From Candidatus Fermentibacterota bacterium (GTDB lineage Bacteria; Fermentibacterota; Fermentibacteria; Fermentibacterales; JCC-6), in contig CAWJQI010000004.1 of NCBI GenBank assembly GCA_963845085.1, positions 256,001 through 320,000 on the forward strand: DNA of 64,000 nt. The letters are read 5' to 3'. Under the pieces are notes generated by a model, which saw only the letters and a program-made list of their open reading frames with translations, did no database searches and was not told where the DNA came from. The position numbers and the translations under genes are program-made. Position 1 is the stretch's first letter, and every line of letters starts with the position of its first letter. Positions 10,693 to 20,136 of the stretch are shown here, piece by piece.

Positions 10693-12762
10693 CTATTCCG
10701 GTCCCTCTCCGGCCGTGGTGATAAGAAAGGCGTACTGGTTTGCGAGGTCGGAAAGCCAGGAATACCTGCCCGAGGAACCTCCGTGGCCGGCCCCCATATT
10801 TGTGATAAAGAGGAGCGGCTCACTTCCGGTACCCTCGTGGCGCATAGCGGCCACCCACTTGGCCGGTTCCCAGTAACCGACCTGGGAGTCGTAAAGACCG
10901 GCGGTCACGAGCATTGCGGGGTAATCCACCGGGGCGACGTTGTCATACGGGGAGTACGAGAGCATGTAGTCGTAAAAGACCGGATCGGCGGGATTTCCCC
11001 ACTCGCTGTACTCGTTGGTGGTGAGGGGGATAGTCTCATCCATCATCGTTGTGACCACATCGACGAAAGGCACCCCCGCAACCAGCCCCCGCCAGAGGTC
11101 CGGGCGCATGTTCGCGACCGCCCCGATCAGAAGCCCGCCGGCCGACTCACCCATTGCGAAAACCCTGTTCGGATCGCACCAGCCCTCGGCGACAAGATAC
11201 TCGGCGCACGCAATGAAATCGGTGAACGTGTTCCTCTTCGAGAGAAGCCTTCCGTCCAGATACCACCTTCGTCCGAGTTCCTGCCCTCCCCTGACGTGTG
11301 CGATGGCCGATACGAAGCCCCGGTCGAGCAGGCTGAGCATGCTCGAACTGAACATGGGGTCGTTGCTGTATCCGTATGCTCCGTAGCCGTACAGAAGAAG
11401 GGGGTTCCCACCGGGAGTGAGCAGATCCTTCCTGTACACCAGGGAAACGGGAACCATCTCGCCGTCATCAGCGGGAGCCATCAGCCACTCCGTGCCGTAA
11501 AGGGATGGATCGTAACCGATCACCTCGTCGGTCTTCAGGAACGTGAGCTCCCCTGTGGCCAGATCACAGGAAACCGTTGACCAGGGAGTTACGAGTGATG
11601 AGAACTCGAAGCGGAAGGAAGAGGCATCGAAGACCCGGTTGGATGACGGGTAAAGCGATGCAGGCTCGTCGGGCAGTGCAACCCTCGACCACTCCCCGTC
11701 GGGCAGACCGAGGATCCTGATACCCTGCCTTCCTTCAACCCTGTCCATGAGAACGAGGTGGTTACGGAAACCGTGGATGCCCTCCAGCAGTATTTCAGGG
11801 TCGTTCGGAAGCACGGGCACCGGTTCTTCGCCCGAGAACGGAAGGGTTCGGAGCAGCCTGAAGTTCATTGCAGAGCCGTTGGTCAGTATGAAGAGCGAAT
11901 CGCCCGCGAACTCGATGGAGTAGAGCACTCCGGTCTGTCTCGTAAACACCGGTTCCGGAGGAGCCTGCGGATCAGTGGCCGGGATGAGCCAGAACTCGGA
12001 GGTGTCGGTGCTCTCGGTACCTATGATTATCCATTCCCTGTCGGTTGACTCGTACATCCATGGCCAGAACGTCGAATCAGCCTCAACGAAGACCTGATCG
12101 GACGGGCAGCCCGAGCCCAGCGTGTATCTCGCAAATCCCGCGGTCCGCCGGGTATCGTCCTGAAAACCATAGAAAAAGGTTCGGCTGTCGGCGCCCCACG
12201 CCATGTCACTGCTGGTGTCGTCGAGGGTGTCGGGGAGAAAGGCGCCCGACCTCGTGTCGAGGAAAACGGTCATTCCCCTGTGATCACCGAGCGTGTCGAT
12301 GCACAGGGCCACCAGCGCGCCGTCGGAGCTCACGCTCATGCCCTCGAGCGAGAAGTACTCCCTTTCCCCCGCAAGCTCATTCATGTCAAAGAGCACACTT
12401 TCCGCGCCGTCAGGCGCCCCCTGGCGCCGGAAATAAACGGGATACTCGGCTCCGGCCTCGTATCGGGTGCCGTACCACCAGCCGTCGAGCTCCCAGGGCA
12501 CCGAGGCATCCTCGTTGGGCAGCCTGGCGGCCATCTCCTCGTAGAGCGCCTCCCTCATGTCGCCGGATGCCGCGAAGAAGGCTTCCGCATATTCATTCTC
12601 GGCCTCGAGGTATTCGATTATTCCGGTTTCGCTGCCGTCGCGGAGCCAGTAATAGTGGTCGGTTCTGACACCGAACGGTGATACGACATCGTGCGCGATG
12701 CGGGGGGCGACAGGGGGAGTCGGCATTGTGTAAAGAAAGACAAGGGCGGTGAACAGGAACAT
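10693..12762 (-). CDS. ptrB: Oligopeptidase B (S9A peptidase)
   Basis: DHYYWLRD N-terminus, HVRGGQELG, nucleophile GESAGG, YDSQV and GAGHGG catalytic motifs. Confidence 0.95.
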   Translation of the reverse strand: MFLFTALVFLYTMPTPPVAPRIAHDVVSPFGVRTDHYYWLRDGSETGIIEYLEAENEYAEAFFAASGDMREALYEEMAARLPNEDASVPWELDGWWYGTRYEAGAEYPVYFRRQGAPDGAESVLFDMNELAGEREYFSLEGMSVSSDGALVALCIDTLGDHRGMTVFLDTRSGAFLPDTLDDTSSDMAWGADSRTFFYGFQDDTRRTAGFARYTLGSGCPSDQVFVEADSTFWPWMYESTDREWIIIGTESTDTSEFWLIPATDPQAPPEPVFTRQTGVLYSIEFAGDSLFILTNGSAMNFRLLRTLPFSGEEPVPVLPNDPEILLEGIHGFRNHLVLMDRVEGRQGIRILGLPDGEWSRVALPDEPASLYPSSNRVFDASSFRFEFSSLVTPWSTVSCDLATGELTFLKTDEVIGYDPSLYGTEWLMAPADDGEMVPVSLVYRKDLLTPGGNPLLLYGYGAYGYSNDPMFSSSMLSLLDRGFVSAIAHVRGGQELGRRWYLDGRLLSKRNTFTDFIACAEYLVAEGWCDPNRVFAMGESAGGLLIGAVANMRPDLWRGLVAGVPFVDVVTTMMDETIPLTTNEYSEWGNPADPVFYDYMLSYSPYDNVAPVDYPAMLVTAGLYDSQVGYWEPAKWVAAMRHEGTGSEPLLFITNMGAGHGGSSGRYSWLSDLANQYAFLITTAGEGPE

Positions 12763-12850
12763 CGTTTCCTCCTAATAAAGCAAAAGAACGGTACGCTGTT
12801 TTGCAGGGAATATATGGGGCGCGGCATGGCGCCATCCCCCGCGTCGGGGT

Positions 12851-12879
12851 TTGCGTGGAACGCGTTTTGCCGGTATACT
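12851..12879 (+). promoter_or_regulatory. Sigma70-like promoter for the ferredoxin-aor operon
   Basis: TTGCGT (12851-12856), 17-nt spacer, TATACT (12874-12879), about 105 nt upstream of the GTG start. Confidence 0.5.
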
Positions 12880-12985
12880 TTTGCGATACATCAAGGCTAT
12901 TTGAGCTTTCAACCGCACCCGGGCCTGCCCGGGCACGGATTGCGCTGTGCAAAAAAAGCGCGATATGAACAGGAGGTTCACAACA

Positions 12986-13447
12986 GTGATCAAGTACCTG
13001 AAACTGCACGATGAAAAGTGCGTTGGCTGCCTGAACTGCGTCGCCACTTGCTCGCGCCTGTACTTCAAGCAGGAGGACCCAGCCAAGTCAAGGATACAGG
13101 TCCTTCCCATGGGACCCGGCACGCACCACATCGTGGCATGCGACCAGGAGTGCCGCAGGTGCGTAATGGAGTGCCCGACGCAGGCCATAACCGTCAACGC
13201 ACAGGGTGTTGTGATGATCAACGGCAAACTGTGCGTGGGCTGCCTCGCGTGCGTGGCGGTCTGCCCCATCGGCGCGATGCGCTACTTCCCGGGCGATCCC
13301 ACCCCCTTCAAGTGCATAGCGTGCGGAGCATGCGTCAAGACCTGTCCTTCGGATGCGCTCGAGATCGCCGAGAAGGACGAAAGCCCGGCCTCCCGACTTC
13401 CCTTCGAGCTGGCCGAAGCGGCGAGAAGGAAGGAGGTCACGAAATGA
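12986..13447 (+). CDS. Multi-[4Fe-4S] ferredoxin-like subunit, partner of AOR
   Basis: AGGAGG RBS at 12971 then GTG. Four Cys clusters: CVGCLNCVATC, CDQECRRCVMECP, CVGCLACVAVCP, CIACGACVKTCP. Confidence 0.9.
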   Translation: MIKYLKLHDEKCVGCLNCVATCSRLYFKQEDPAKSRIQVLPMGPGTHHIVACDQECRRCVMECPTQAITVNAQGVVMINGKLCVGCLACVAVCPIGAMRYFPGDPTPFKCIACGACVKTCPSDALEIAEKDESPASRLPFELAEAARRKEVTK

Positions 13448-15609
13448 GCACATGGAACAGGAAGGACTTCAGGCTTCTCGGCGAGTACAGGTTCGAGACC
13501 AGGGCGGTCGTTCGCGGCTATGCGATGCGCACCCTCCATGTTGACGTTGGTTCGAGGAAGGTGACCGAGAAGCCGGTTTCCGAGGACATGAAAAAGCGCT
13601 TCACGGGAGGAAAGGGATTCGGTCTCAAGCTTCTCTGGGACGCGACCGGCCCCCAAACCAGGTGGAACGACCCCGAGAACGAAATAGTGATCGGCGTCGG
13701 CCCCATCGGTGGAAACACCAACTACCCGGGCTCGGGCAAGAGCCTCGTTGTAAGCCTTTCACCCATGACCGGCGTGCCCATCGACTCGAATGTAGGCGGC
13801 TTCTTCGGCCCCTATCTCAAGTTCGGCGGCTGGGACGCCATGGAGATCCAGGGCAAGGCCGACCTCGAAACTATCGTCTTCATCGATTCAAATGAAGGCA
13901 CCGTGCAGTTCTACGAAGCCCCGGCGGGGCTCCAGTACGATACCCACCTCATGGCCGAGGAACTCACCCACGCATTTGCACGGGATGAGAAGGACCTGCA
14001 GTCGGTCTCCGTGGTGAGCGCGGGACGCGGTGCCGACCACTCCCCGATGGGCATCCTCAACTTCAGCCTTTACGACAAGAGACGCCAGGGCATCCGCGTG
14101 AAGCAGGCCGGGCGTGGCGGAATAGGAACCGTTCTGCGCGACAAGAAGATCCGGGCCCTGATCTGCCGTTTCAGCGGCGTCGGGCCGAACCTCAACAACG
14201 CGGCCGACCCTGCCGAGATCCAGCGCATCGGCCTCAAGCTGCACCGCGAGATAGTCGTGAACGACGACGCCCAGTGCAAGATGAGGAAGCAGGGAACCGC
14301 GCATCTCATGGAGATCATGAACGCGTACGACCTCCTTCCGACCAAGAACCACAAATACGGCCAGGACTCCCAGTGCGACGGCATAGCGAGCTGGGTCTGG
14401 GAAAAGCTGTTCAGCCAGAACCTGCCCGACGGCTGCTGGTACGGCTGCACCATGGCATGCGCTCACGCGGTCGATCATTTCGAGCTCCAAACCGGCCCCT
14501 ACAAGGGTTCAAAGGTCTGTGTCGACGGCCCCGAGTATGAAACCGCGGCAGGCGTTGGCAGCAATCTCTACGTCTACGATCCGCACGGCATTCTTGAACT
14601 GAACTTCTACTGCGACACCTACGGAATCGACACCATCAGCTTCGGAACCATGACGGGCTTCCTCATGGAATGCTGGGAGCTCGGAGTGCTGAACGCCGAG
14701 AGAACCGACGGCATCGACCTCTCGTGGGGCAACTGGAAGGGCGCCGCCCAGATCCTGCACGACATGGCGGACGGCAAGCGTTTCGGAGTGCTCGCCGGCA
14801 GGGGAGTGAAGGTTCTTGCCGAGCATTTCGCCAGGGAGTACGGCGCCGACGCCCAGCTCATGAAGGACATCGCCCTTCACGGCAAGGGCCTCGAGCAGTC
14901 CGAGTACATCTCGAAGGAATCGCTCGCGCAGCAGGGCGGCTACTACCTCACCAACAAGGGCCCCCAGCACGATGAAGCCTGGCTCATCTTCATGGACATG
15001 GTGAACAACCACATCCCTACATTCGAAAAGAAGGCGGAAGCTCTCCACTACTTCCCGATGTTCCGGACCTGGTTCGGTCTGCAGGGGCTGTGCAAGCTCC
15101 CCTGGAACGACGTCGAGCCGGCCGACAACTCGAAGCACCCCGAGCCCAACAAGGTGCCCGAACATGTCGGGAACTACATGAAGCTCTACACCGCCGTCAC
15201 GGGTGAACCGCTCACCTGGGATGACCTCATCAGGCAGAGCGAGCGGGTCTACAACTTCCAGCGCACCTTCAACGTGCGCCAGGGGTACGGCCACAGGAAG
15301 GACGATTACCCTGCGTACAGGGCAATGGGACCCGTATTCGAGGACGAGTACCTGGCCCGCGAGGAACGCTACGACAAGCAGATGAAGGAGAAGATCGGCA
15401 TCGATCCCGAGGGGAAGAGCCTGACCGAGAAGGTCAGGATCACAAGGGAATACAGGATGGGACAGTACAACTCCCTCATCGACGCTGTTTTCAAGAGGCG
15501 CGGCTGGACGTCCGACGGCTGCCCCACCCCGGAGCACATGAAGGAAATAGGCATGGACCTCCCCGAAGTGCTCGAGGTAATAAACGCAAGGATCGCCGGC
15601 AGGGCGTGA
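13444..15609 (+). CDS. aor: Aldehyde:ferredoxin oxidoreductase (tungstopterin AOR family)
   Basis: Start re-called at MSTWNRK (ATGA overlap, AAGGAGG RBS). Motifs DSNVGG.FG, GWDAMEIQGKA, QAGRGGIG, CWYGCTMAC, GPEYET and CDTYGIDTIS. Confidence 0.92.
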   Translation: MSTWNRKDFRLLGEYRFETRAVVRGYAMRTLHVDVGSRKVTEKPVSEDMKKRFTGGKGFGLKLLWDATGPQTRWNDPENEIVIGVGPIGGNTNYPGSGKSLVVSLSPMTGVPIDSNVGGFFGPYLKFGGWDAMEIQGKADLETIVFIDSNEGTVQFYEAPAGLQYDTHLMAEELTHAFARDEKDLQSVSVVSAGRGADHSPMGILNFSLYDKRRQGIRVKQAGRGGIGTVLRDKKIRALICRFSGVGPNLNNAADPAEIQRIGLKLHREIVVNDDAQCKMRKQGTAHLMEIMNAYDLLPTKNHKYGQDSQCDGIASWVWEKLFSQNLPDGCWYGCTMACAHAVDHFELQTGPYKGSKVCVDGPEYETAAGVGSNLYVYDPHGILELNFYCDTYGIDTISFGTMTGFLMECWELGVLNAERTDGIDLSWGNWKGAAQILHDMADGKRFGVLAGRGVKVLAEHFAREYGADAQLMKDIALHGKGLEQSEYISKESLAQQGGYYLTNKGPQHDEAWLIFMDMVNNHIPTFEKKAEALHYFPMFRTWFGLQGLCKLPWNDVEPADNSKHPEPNKVPEHVGNYMKLYTAVTGEPLTWDDLIRQSERVYNFQRTFNVRQGYGHRKDDYPAYRAMGPVFEDEYLAREERYDKQMKEKIGIDPEGKSLTEKVRITREYRMGQYNSLIDAVFKRRGWTSDGCPTPEHMKEIGMDLPEVLEVINARIAGRA

Positions 15610-15615
15610 CAGATA

Positions 15616-15650
15616 CGTGACGGCGGCTCCCTGTCGGGGCCGCCGTCACG
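15616..15650. terminator. GC-rich hairpin between convergent genes, probable bidirectional terminator
   Basis: CGTGACGGCGGC...GCCGCCGTCACG perfect 12-bp arms, 6 nt after the aor stop. Confidence 0.7.
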
Positions 15651-15681
15651 CTCGCTCTTCCATGGCGCAAGGATCAGAGTT

Positions 15682-18600
15682 TCACTGTGTGGGAAACTCA
15701 TGCCCCCGGGGGGGGAAGCACAGCCCCGCCCTGTCAAGTTCCGCGAGAAAACCGGAAATCTCACCGCGCCCCACGATGCTGTTTCGCGCCGACGCGGATC
15801 GGATCCTTCCAAGCTCGTCAGCCAGGCGCACGCTTCCCTCGACAAGTGCTTCCCGGGCCTCTGAATCGCTCCCGGTGCGCGCGAGAAGCTCGGAAAGAAC
15901 AGAATACCTTCGGGCAACCTCGGGAGTTGACTGGCTGTCGGAAACGGCGGGGATCGAAGCGCGCAGCAACCCTGCGGCTTCCTCCAGCGAAGCGGGGCCT
16001 GCCTGGGGATCGTGCATGACAACAAGTCCCCGAATGAAAAGCACAAGGGCCTCGGTCGAGGGCGAATGCTTCATTCCTTCAAGCTTTTCCAGCTGCGTGA
16101 CGGCTTCACCCGACCTGCCCGATTCGACAAGCAGCTCGGCAAGGCTTAGTCTGCAGCCGGCCAGCGGTTCGGCGCACTCGAGGCTCTCGAACACCTGAAT
16201 CGACCGTCTGAAACAGCTCTCGGCTTCGTCATTGCCGCCTTCCAGCCGGTTGAGCATACCGAGGCCATAGTGACCGAAGCCCAGCCCGAGCATGTTGCCG
16301 ATCTCCCTGCTCAGGTCCATGTACTTTTCGAAGTACGCCCTGGCGGCCGACAGCCGGTTCAGTTGAAGGTTGTGCTCGGCGATGTTGTAGTAGGCGATGG
16401 CAAGCCCGAGCCTGTCGTCCAGCCTTCGGGTGAGGTCCACCACCCTCTCGAGCGTGTCGATCGCCCTGTCATAGTCGCCCGTTCCCGAATAACTTCCGTG
16501 CATGTTGTTCAGCACAAGGGCTTCCTCGGTCTGGTCGCCCATCTTCCGGCAGAGCTCGAGAGCCCGGTTGTAAAGGCTGAGTGCCTCGGCCGCTTCCCCC
16601 TGCTCGGCAAGCACATCGGCCCTCCGGGTGTAGTAATGGGCCCAGAGATCGTCCCTGATTCCGCTTCCAATGTCTTGAAGCAGGGTCAGGGCGCCGTCAA
16701 GCCACTGAAACGCCGCGTCGTAGTCACCGCGAAGCCTGCAGATGAACGAAATGGCCAGCCTGGCCTCGACTGCAGTACCCATGACCCCCGGATCGCCCGG
16801 ATCGCACTCGTCGCAAAGGTTCACAGTCTTCCTGAAGTGCTCCATCGCCTCGGGGAACCTGCTTCTCTGGTGGCAACTCCTGCCCAGCCGGAACTCAACC
16901 GCAGCGTGTTCCTCCGGACCCTCCGCCAGGGCAAGGGCCTTCCCAAGAAATGCCTCGGCCCTTTCGGCTTCGGCCGTGATCACCAGAAGCATGCCCAGGT
17001 TCATGTTTGCCATGAACATGGTTCTGCGGTCGGCCTGAGCTTTTTCAGCCCTTGCGAGGAACTCACCGTACCAGACAATGGCGTCACGGTTCGCCCCCAT
17101 GGAAAAGGCCTGGCGGGCCGCCTTCAGGGAGTACTCCGCGGCTTTCGCGGCATCACGGCTGCGCGTGTAGTGGTAGGCAACGGTACTGAGCAGATCGTCG
17201 CGCCCGGGAAGGAGTTCCTTTTCAAGATGGCGGGCGATCCGCTGATGAAGGACCTGCTTCAGGGATTCAGATATTTCCCGGCAAAGGTATTCCCGAACCG
17301 CTCCGTTCGAGAAGCTGAAACCGACCTCGCCCCCGGTCTCGACGGTTTCTGCCAGAAGCCCCGTCTGGACACAGTGGTCGAGGCTAACCGCAAGACCCGA
17401 CGGATCCTCGCCGACAACGTTCTCAAGAAGGTCAAGCGTGAGGTAGTCGGGAGAAAGCGAGGCGATGCGAAGGATGCCCCGTGCCCGGTCGTCAAGGCGG
17501 TCGAGCCTGGCGGCGATGATCTGCCCCATGCTCTCCGGAATGTCGGTACGGTCAGGAATGTTGTAAAGCTTTTCACCCGATGTGCCCGTTGTGACGGCCC
17601 CTGAATTGACGAGGGACAGGATCAGCTCGCGGAGGAACATGGGATTGCCCCCGCTCTGACGGATCAGGAAGCCCTGCAGTTCCTCGGGAACATTCGGATC
17701 CTTGAGGGCGAACAGGATCATGTTCCGTGACTCCTGCTGCGTCAGGTTGCCGAGTTCGATGTGCAGCAGGGGTATCGACGAACGGATGGACAAAAGCTTC
17801 TGGAAAACCCCCGGCTCCTCGTCGTTCCTTCGCAGCAGGCACACGAAGAGGATCCTTGAGGTGGCGGTGTTCCTGGCGACGTAGGAGAGCATGTCCAGAT
17901 CCTGCTCGGACGCCCACTGAAGATTGTCGGTGATCACAGCCAGGGGGCGCATGGACGAAACCGCGGCATAAATGGCTGCAACATCCTGGAAGATGCGGAA
18001 CCTGAGCCTTTCCTCCCGGAAATACACCGTGTCATCCAGCGCTGCCGCCCCGAGCCCGGGGAACAGCTCAAGGGTCGCAGGGTGTACTGAACCCATCTTC
18101 AGGCGAAGTTCCCGGGATTCGTCTTCCGCAAGAAGCGCAAGGGCCTGCTGCAGTGGCTGGATCACAAGGTCGTAGGGCTGATGTCTCACATGCTCGGAAG
18201 CGTCGCTTCGAACCGTTGTCACCTTCCTGAAACGGCAGTAGTTCAGCAGCTCCTCGACGAGCCTGTTCTTCCCGACCCCGGCCTCTCCGGTCACAAGTGC
18301 CATTCTGGCGGTATCTGCCAGTGTCTCATCCAGCAGCTGCCTCAGCTTGGTGAGTTCGGGGCGCCTTCCGACCATGTGGGAGAAGCTTGTTTCCGAGCCC
18401 CCGTCCTCCCTGTTGTCATCGGAGAACATGCAGAACCTTCCCCGCCCCGTTTCCTTCGCGCGGTAGAGAGCTTTGTCCGCCCTGTCTATGAGGCATGTGA
18501 TTGCGGTGTCGGAAGGGCGGCACTGGCTCACCCCCATCGAAAGGCTTACAAGGGGACCGGATGGGTGTCCCCTGCGCCGCACTTCGTGCATCAGCCGTTC

Positions 18601-18909
18601 AGCGAGACTCATGGCGCCCTCGCCGGTCGTGTCGGGCAGGACAAGGATGAATTCGTCACCGCCGAAGCGAATAGGAACGTCCGTGCCCTTGAGACCGACG
18701 CGGATCGTGTGGGCGACCTGCCTGAGAACGTCGTCGCCCGCGAGGTGACCGTATATGTCGTTGATCAGTTTGAAATGGTCAACGTCGAGGATGATCAGTG
18801 ACCATGTTTTTTCACGGTTGGCGAATGCAACCTCAAGGAAATCAAGGTACGACCTGTTCCGTAGACCGGTCAGGGGATCGACGCCTGCTGGTTCCCTTTT
18901 GCTTTCCAT
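15682..18909 (-). CDS. Diguanylate cyclase (GGDEF) - STAND-like AAA ATPase - TPR protein
   Basis: DPLTGLRNR, DVDHFKLIND.YGHLAGD, RFGGDEF and ADKALYRAK; then MVGRRPEL, Walker A GEAGVGKN, Walker B-like VITDNLQWA and SGGNPMFL; then many TPR-like repeats. Start set at MESKRE. Confidence 0.88.
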   Translation of the reverse strand: MESKREPAGVDPLTGLRNRSYLDFLEVAFANREKTWSLIILDVDHFKLINDIYGHLAGDDVLRQVAHTIRVGLKGTDVPIRFGGDEFILVLPDTTGEGAMSLAERLMHEVRRRGHPSGPLVSLSMGVSQCRPSDTAITCLIDRADKALYRAKETGRGRFCMFSDDNREDGGSETSFSHMVGRRPELTKLRQLLDETLADTARMALVTGEAGVGKNRLVEELLNYCRFRKVTTVRSDASEHVRHQPYDLVIQPLQQALALLAEDESRELRLKMGSVHPATLELFPGLGAAALDDTVYFREERLRFRIFQDVAAIYAAVSSMRPLAVITDNLQWASEQDLDMLSYVARNTATSRILFVCLLRRNDEEPGVFQKLLSIRSSIPLLHIELGNLTQQESRNMILFALKDPNVPEELQGFLIRQSGGNPMFLRELILSLVNSGAVTTGTSGEKLYNIPDRTDIPESMGQIIAARLDRLDDRARGILRIASLSPDYLTLDLLENVVGEDPSGLAVSLDHCVQTGLLAETVETGGEVGFSFSNGAVREYLCREISESLKQVLHQRIARHLEKELLPGRDDLLSTVAYHYTRSRDAAKAAEYSLKAARQAFSMGANRDAIVWYGEFLARAEKAQADRRTMFMANMNLGMLLVITAEAERAEAFLGKALALAEGPEEHAAVEFRLGRSCHQRSRFPEAMEHFRKTVNLCDECDPGDPGVMGTAVEARLAISFICRLRGDYDAAFQWLDGALTLLQDIGSGIRDDLWAHYYTRRADVLAEQGEAAEALSLYNRALELCRKMGDQTEEALVLNNMHGSYSGTGDYDRAIDTLERVVDLTRRLDDRLGLAIAYYNIAEHNLQLNRLSAARAYFEKYMDLSREIGNMLGLGFGHYGLGMLNRLEGGNDEAESCFRRSIQVFESLECAEPLAGCRLSLAELLVESGRSGEAVTQLEKLEGMKHSPSTEALVLFIRGLVVMHDPQAGPASLEEAAGLLRASIPAVSDSQSTPEVARRYSVLSELLARTGSDSEAREALVEGSVRLADELGRIRSASARNSIVGRGEISGFLAELDRAGLCFPPRGHEFPTQ

Positions 18910-19001
18910 ACGAACGGTTACTAACAGGCAGAACCGCCGGTGTCCAGTGGAAACCACACCGGTCCGAATGCCCCGGCAGAAACGATAAACGCTTCAGCCA
19001 A

Positions 19002-20108
19002 CTACCTTCCGGCGGCGTCCCATCTGAGAAGCGATGCCCCCGTGACCGGCAGGAGAACAGCAGCGCTCTCGCCGGCCGGAACCCAGAAAAGCCTTCCGTC
19101 ACTGCTTTCGATGAGCAGGCCGTTGCCGGTTCGGGACCAGAGCGCCTCGCTGAGGGTGTAGCTGTCTATCCTGATGATTGCTGCGCCCTCGCCCCCGGCG
19201 TTCACACGGTACAGGGTGAACGAGCCGTCGGAGGCCATGGGATCTGCTCCGGACGCGATGAGTACCTGCACGCTTCCATCGGGTGCCACATTGGGGTAGC
19301 CGTAGAAGTAGTAGGACCTTGAGGGCACTTCCTCGCCTATCTGTGTGCAGCTCCATTCGGGGGCGTCGAGCCTGCAGAATGACTGCCGCCCGCCCGACCG
19401 CGGGTAGGCGATGTAAAGGACCTGGCCGTCGGATTTCCACCCGGGGGTTCCGATACCCTCCTGCAGGATGGTGAGGCTTCCGCCCATCTCCTTGAGCGCC
19501 ATGGATACCCCGTATATGCTTTCGAGAGGGTAGTCGTAGCAGGTGACGAGAAGCCGCACGCCGTCGGGAGACCATGAATCGACACCGATTATGATACGGC
19601 ACCCGCCTGACCCGCCGGATGCAAGGGGATCGCCGTTGGGGTGCAGAACGGTCACCGAGCTGTCGGATGGATTGACCATCATGAGCCCGTTGTGGACGAA
19701 AGCTATCGAGGAGCCGTCGGGAGACCACCTGGGCGAGGCGATCCTTCCGGTGATTCGCGCGGTGTCGTTGTGGGGGGCCACACCGCTTCCGGCGGGGGGC
19801 AGCACTGCTCCCTCGACAAGAACCCTTCTCACGCCGTCCCCGTCAAGCAGGACGAGGGCGTTGCCGGAAACGAACGCGATGTCGCCGTTCACGGGGGAAA
19901 CATCGAAGTCCTCGATGGGCAGCGTCTCCCCGGTCAACCGTTCAAGCGATTCCCCGTTCCGGGAGAGCCTGTGGATCTGCCCATCCATCACGAAGCAGAC
20001 CGATGAGGGCAGAATGTTCCTCTGGCCGGCCGGCGCCGGGAACGTGAAAGCCTGGAAAGCATTCAAGGCGGACACAGCCATGAGCACAACTCCCAATGGT
20101 TTTATCAT
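19002..20108 (-). CDS. Secreted TolB-like (PD40/WD40) beta-propeller protein
   Basis: Start MIKPLGVVLMAVSALNA after GGGAGGG RBS; repeated PRWSPDG, SWSPDG, PGWKSDG and ALWSRTG blades. Confidence 0.75.
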   Translation of the reverse strand: MIKPLGVVLMAVSALNAFQAFTFPAPAGQRNILPSSVCFVMDGQIHRLSRNGESLERLTGETLPIEDFDVSPVNGDIAFVSGNALVLLDGDGVRRVLVEGAVLPPAGSGVAPHNDTARITGRIASPRWSPDGSSIAFVHNGLMMVNPSDSSVTVLHPNGDPLASGGSGGCRIIIGVDSWSPDGVRLLVTCYDYPLESIYGVSMALKEMGGSLTILQEGIGTPGWKSDGQVLYIAYPRSGGRQSFCRLDAPEWSCTQIGEEVPSRSYYFYGYPNVAPDGSVQVLIASGADPMASDGSFTLYRVNAGGEGAAIIRIDSYTLSEALWSRTGNGLLIESSDGRLFWVPAGESAAVLLPVTGASLLRWDAAGR

Positions 20109-20136
20109 CGCCACCCTCCCCTCGAAAAACCGCCTG

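Noticed and set aside
12880..12985. Moco/tungsten-cofactor riboswitch upstream of the aor operon
   Set aside because: Only short GC hairpins are visible and I could not match the conserved motif. An Rfam scan would be needed.
13018..13443. 142-aa N-terminal extension of AOR in the ORF track
   Set aside because: It overlaps the ferredoxin gene in another frame. The real start is ATG 13444, which has an RBS.
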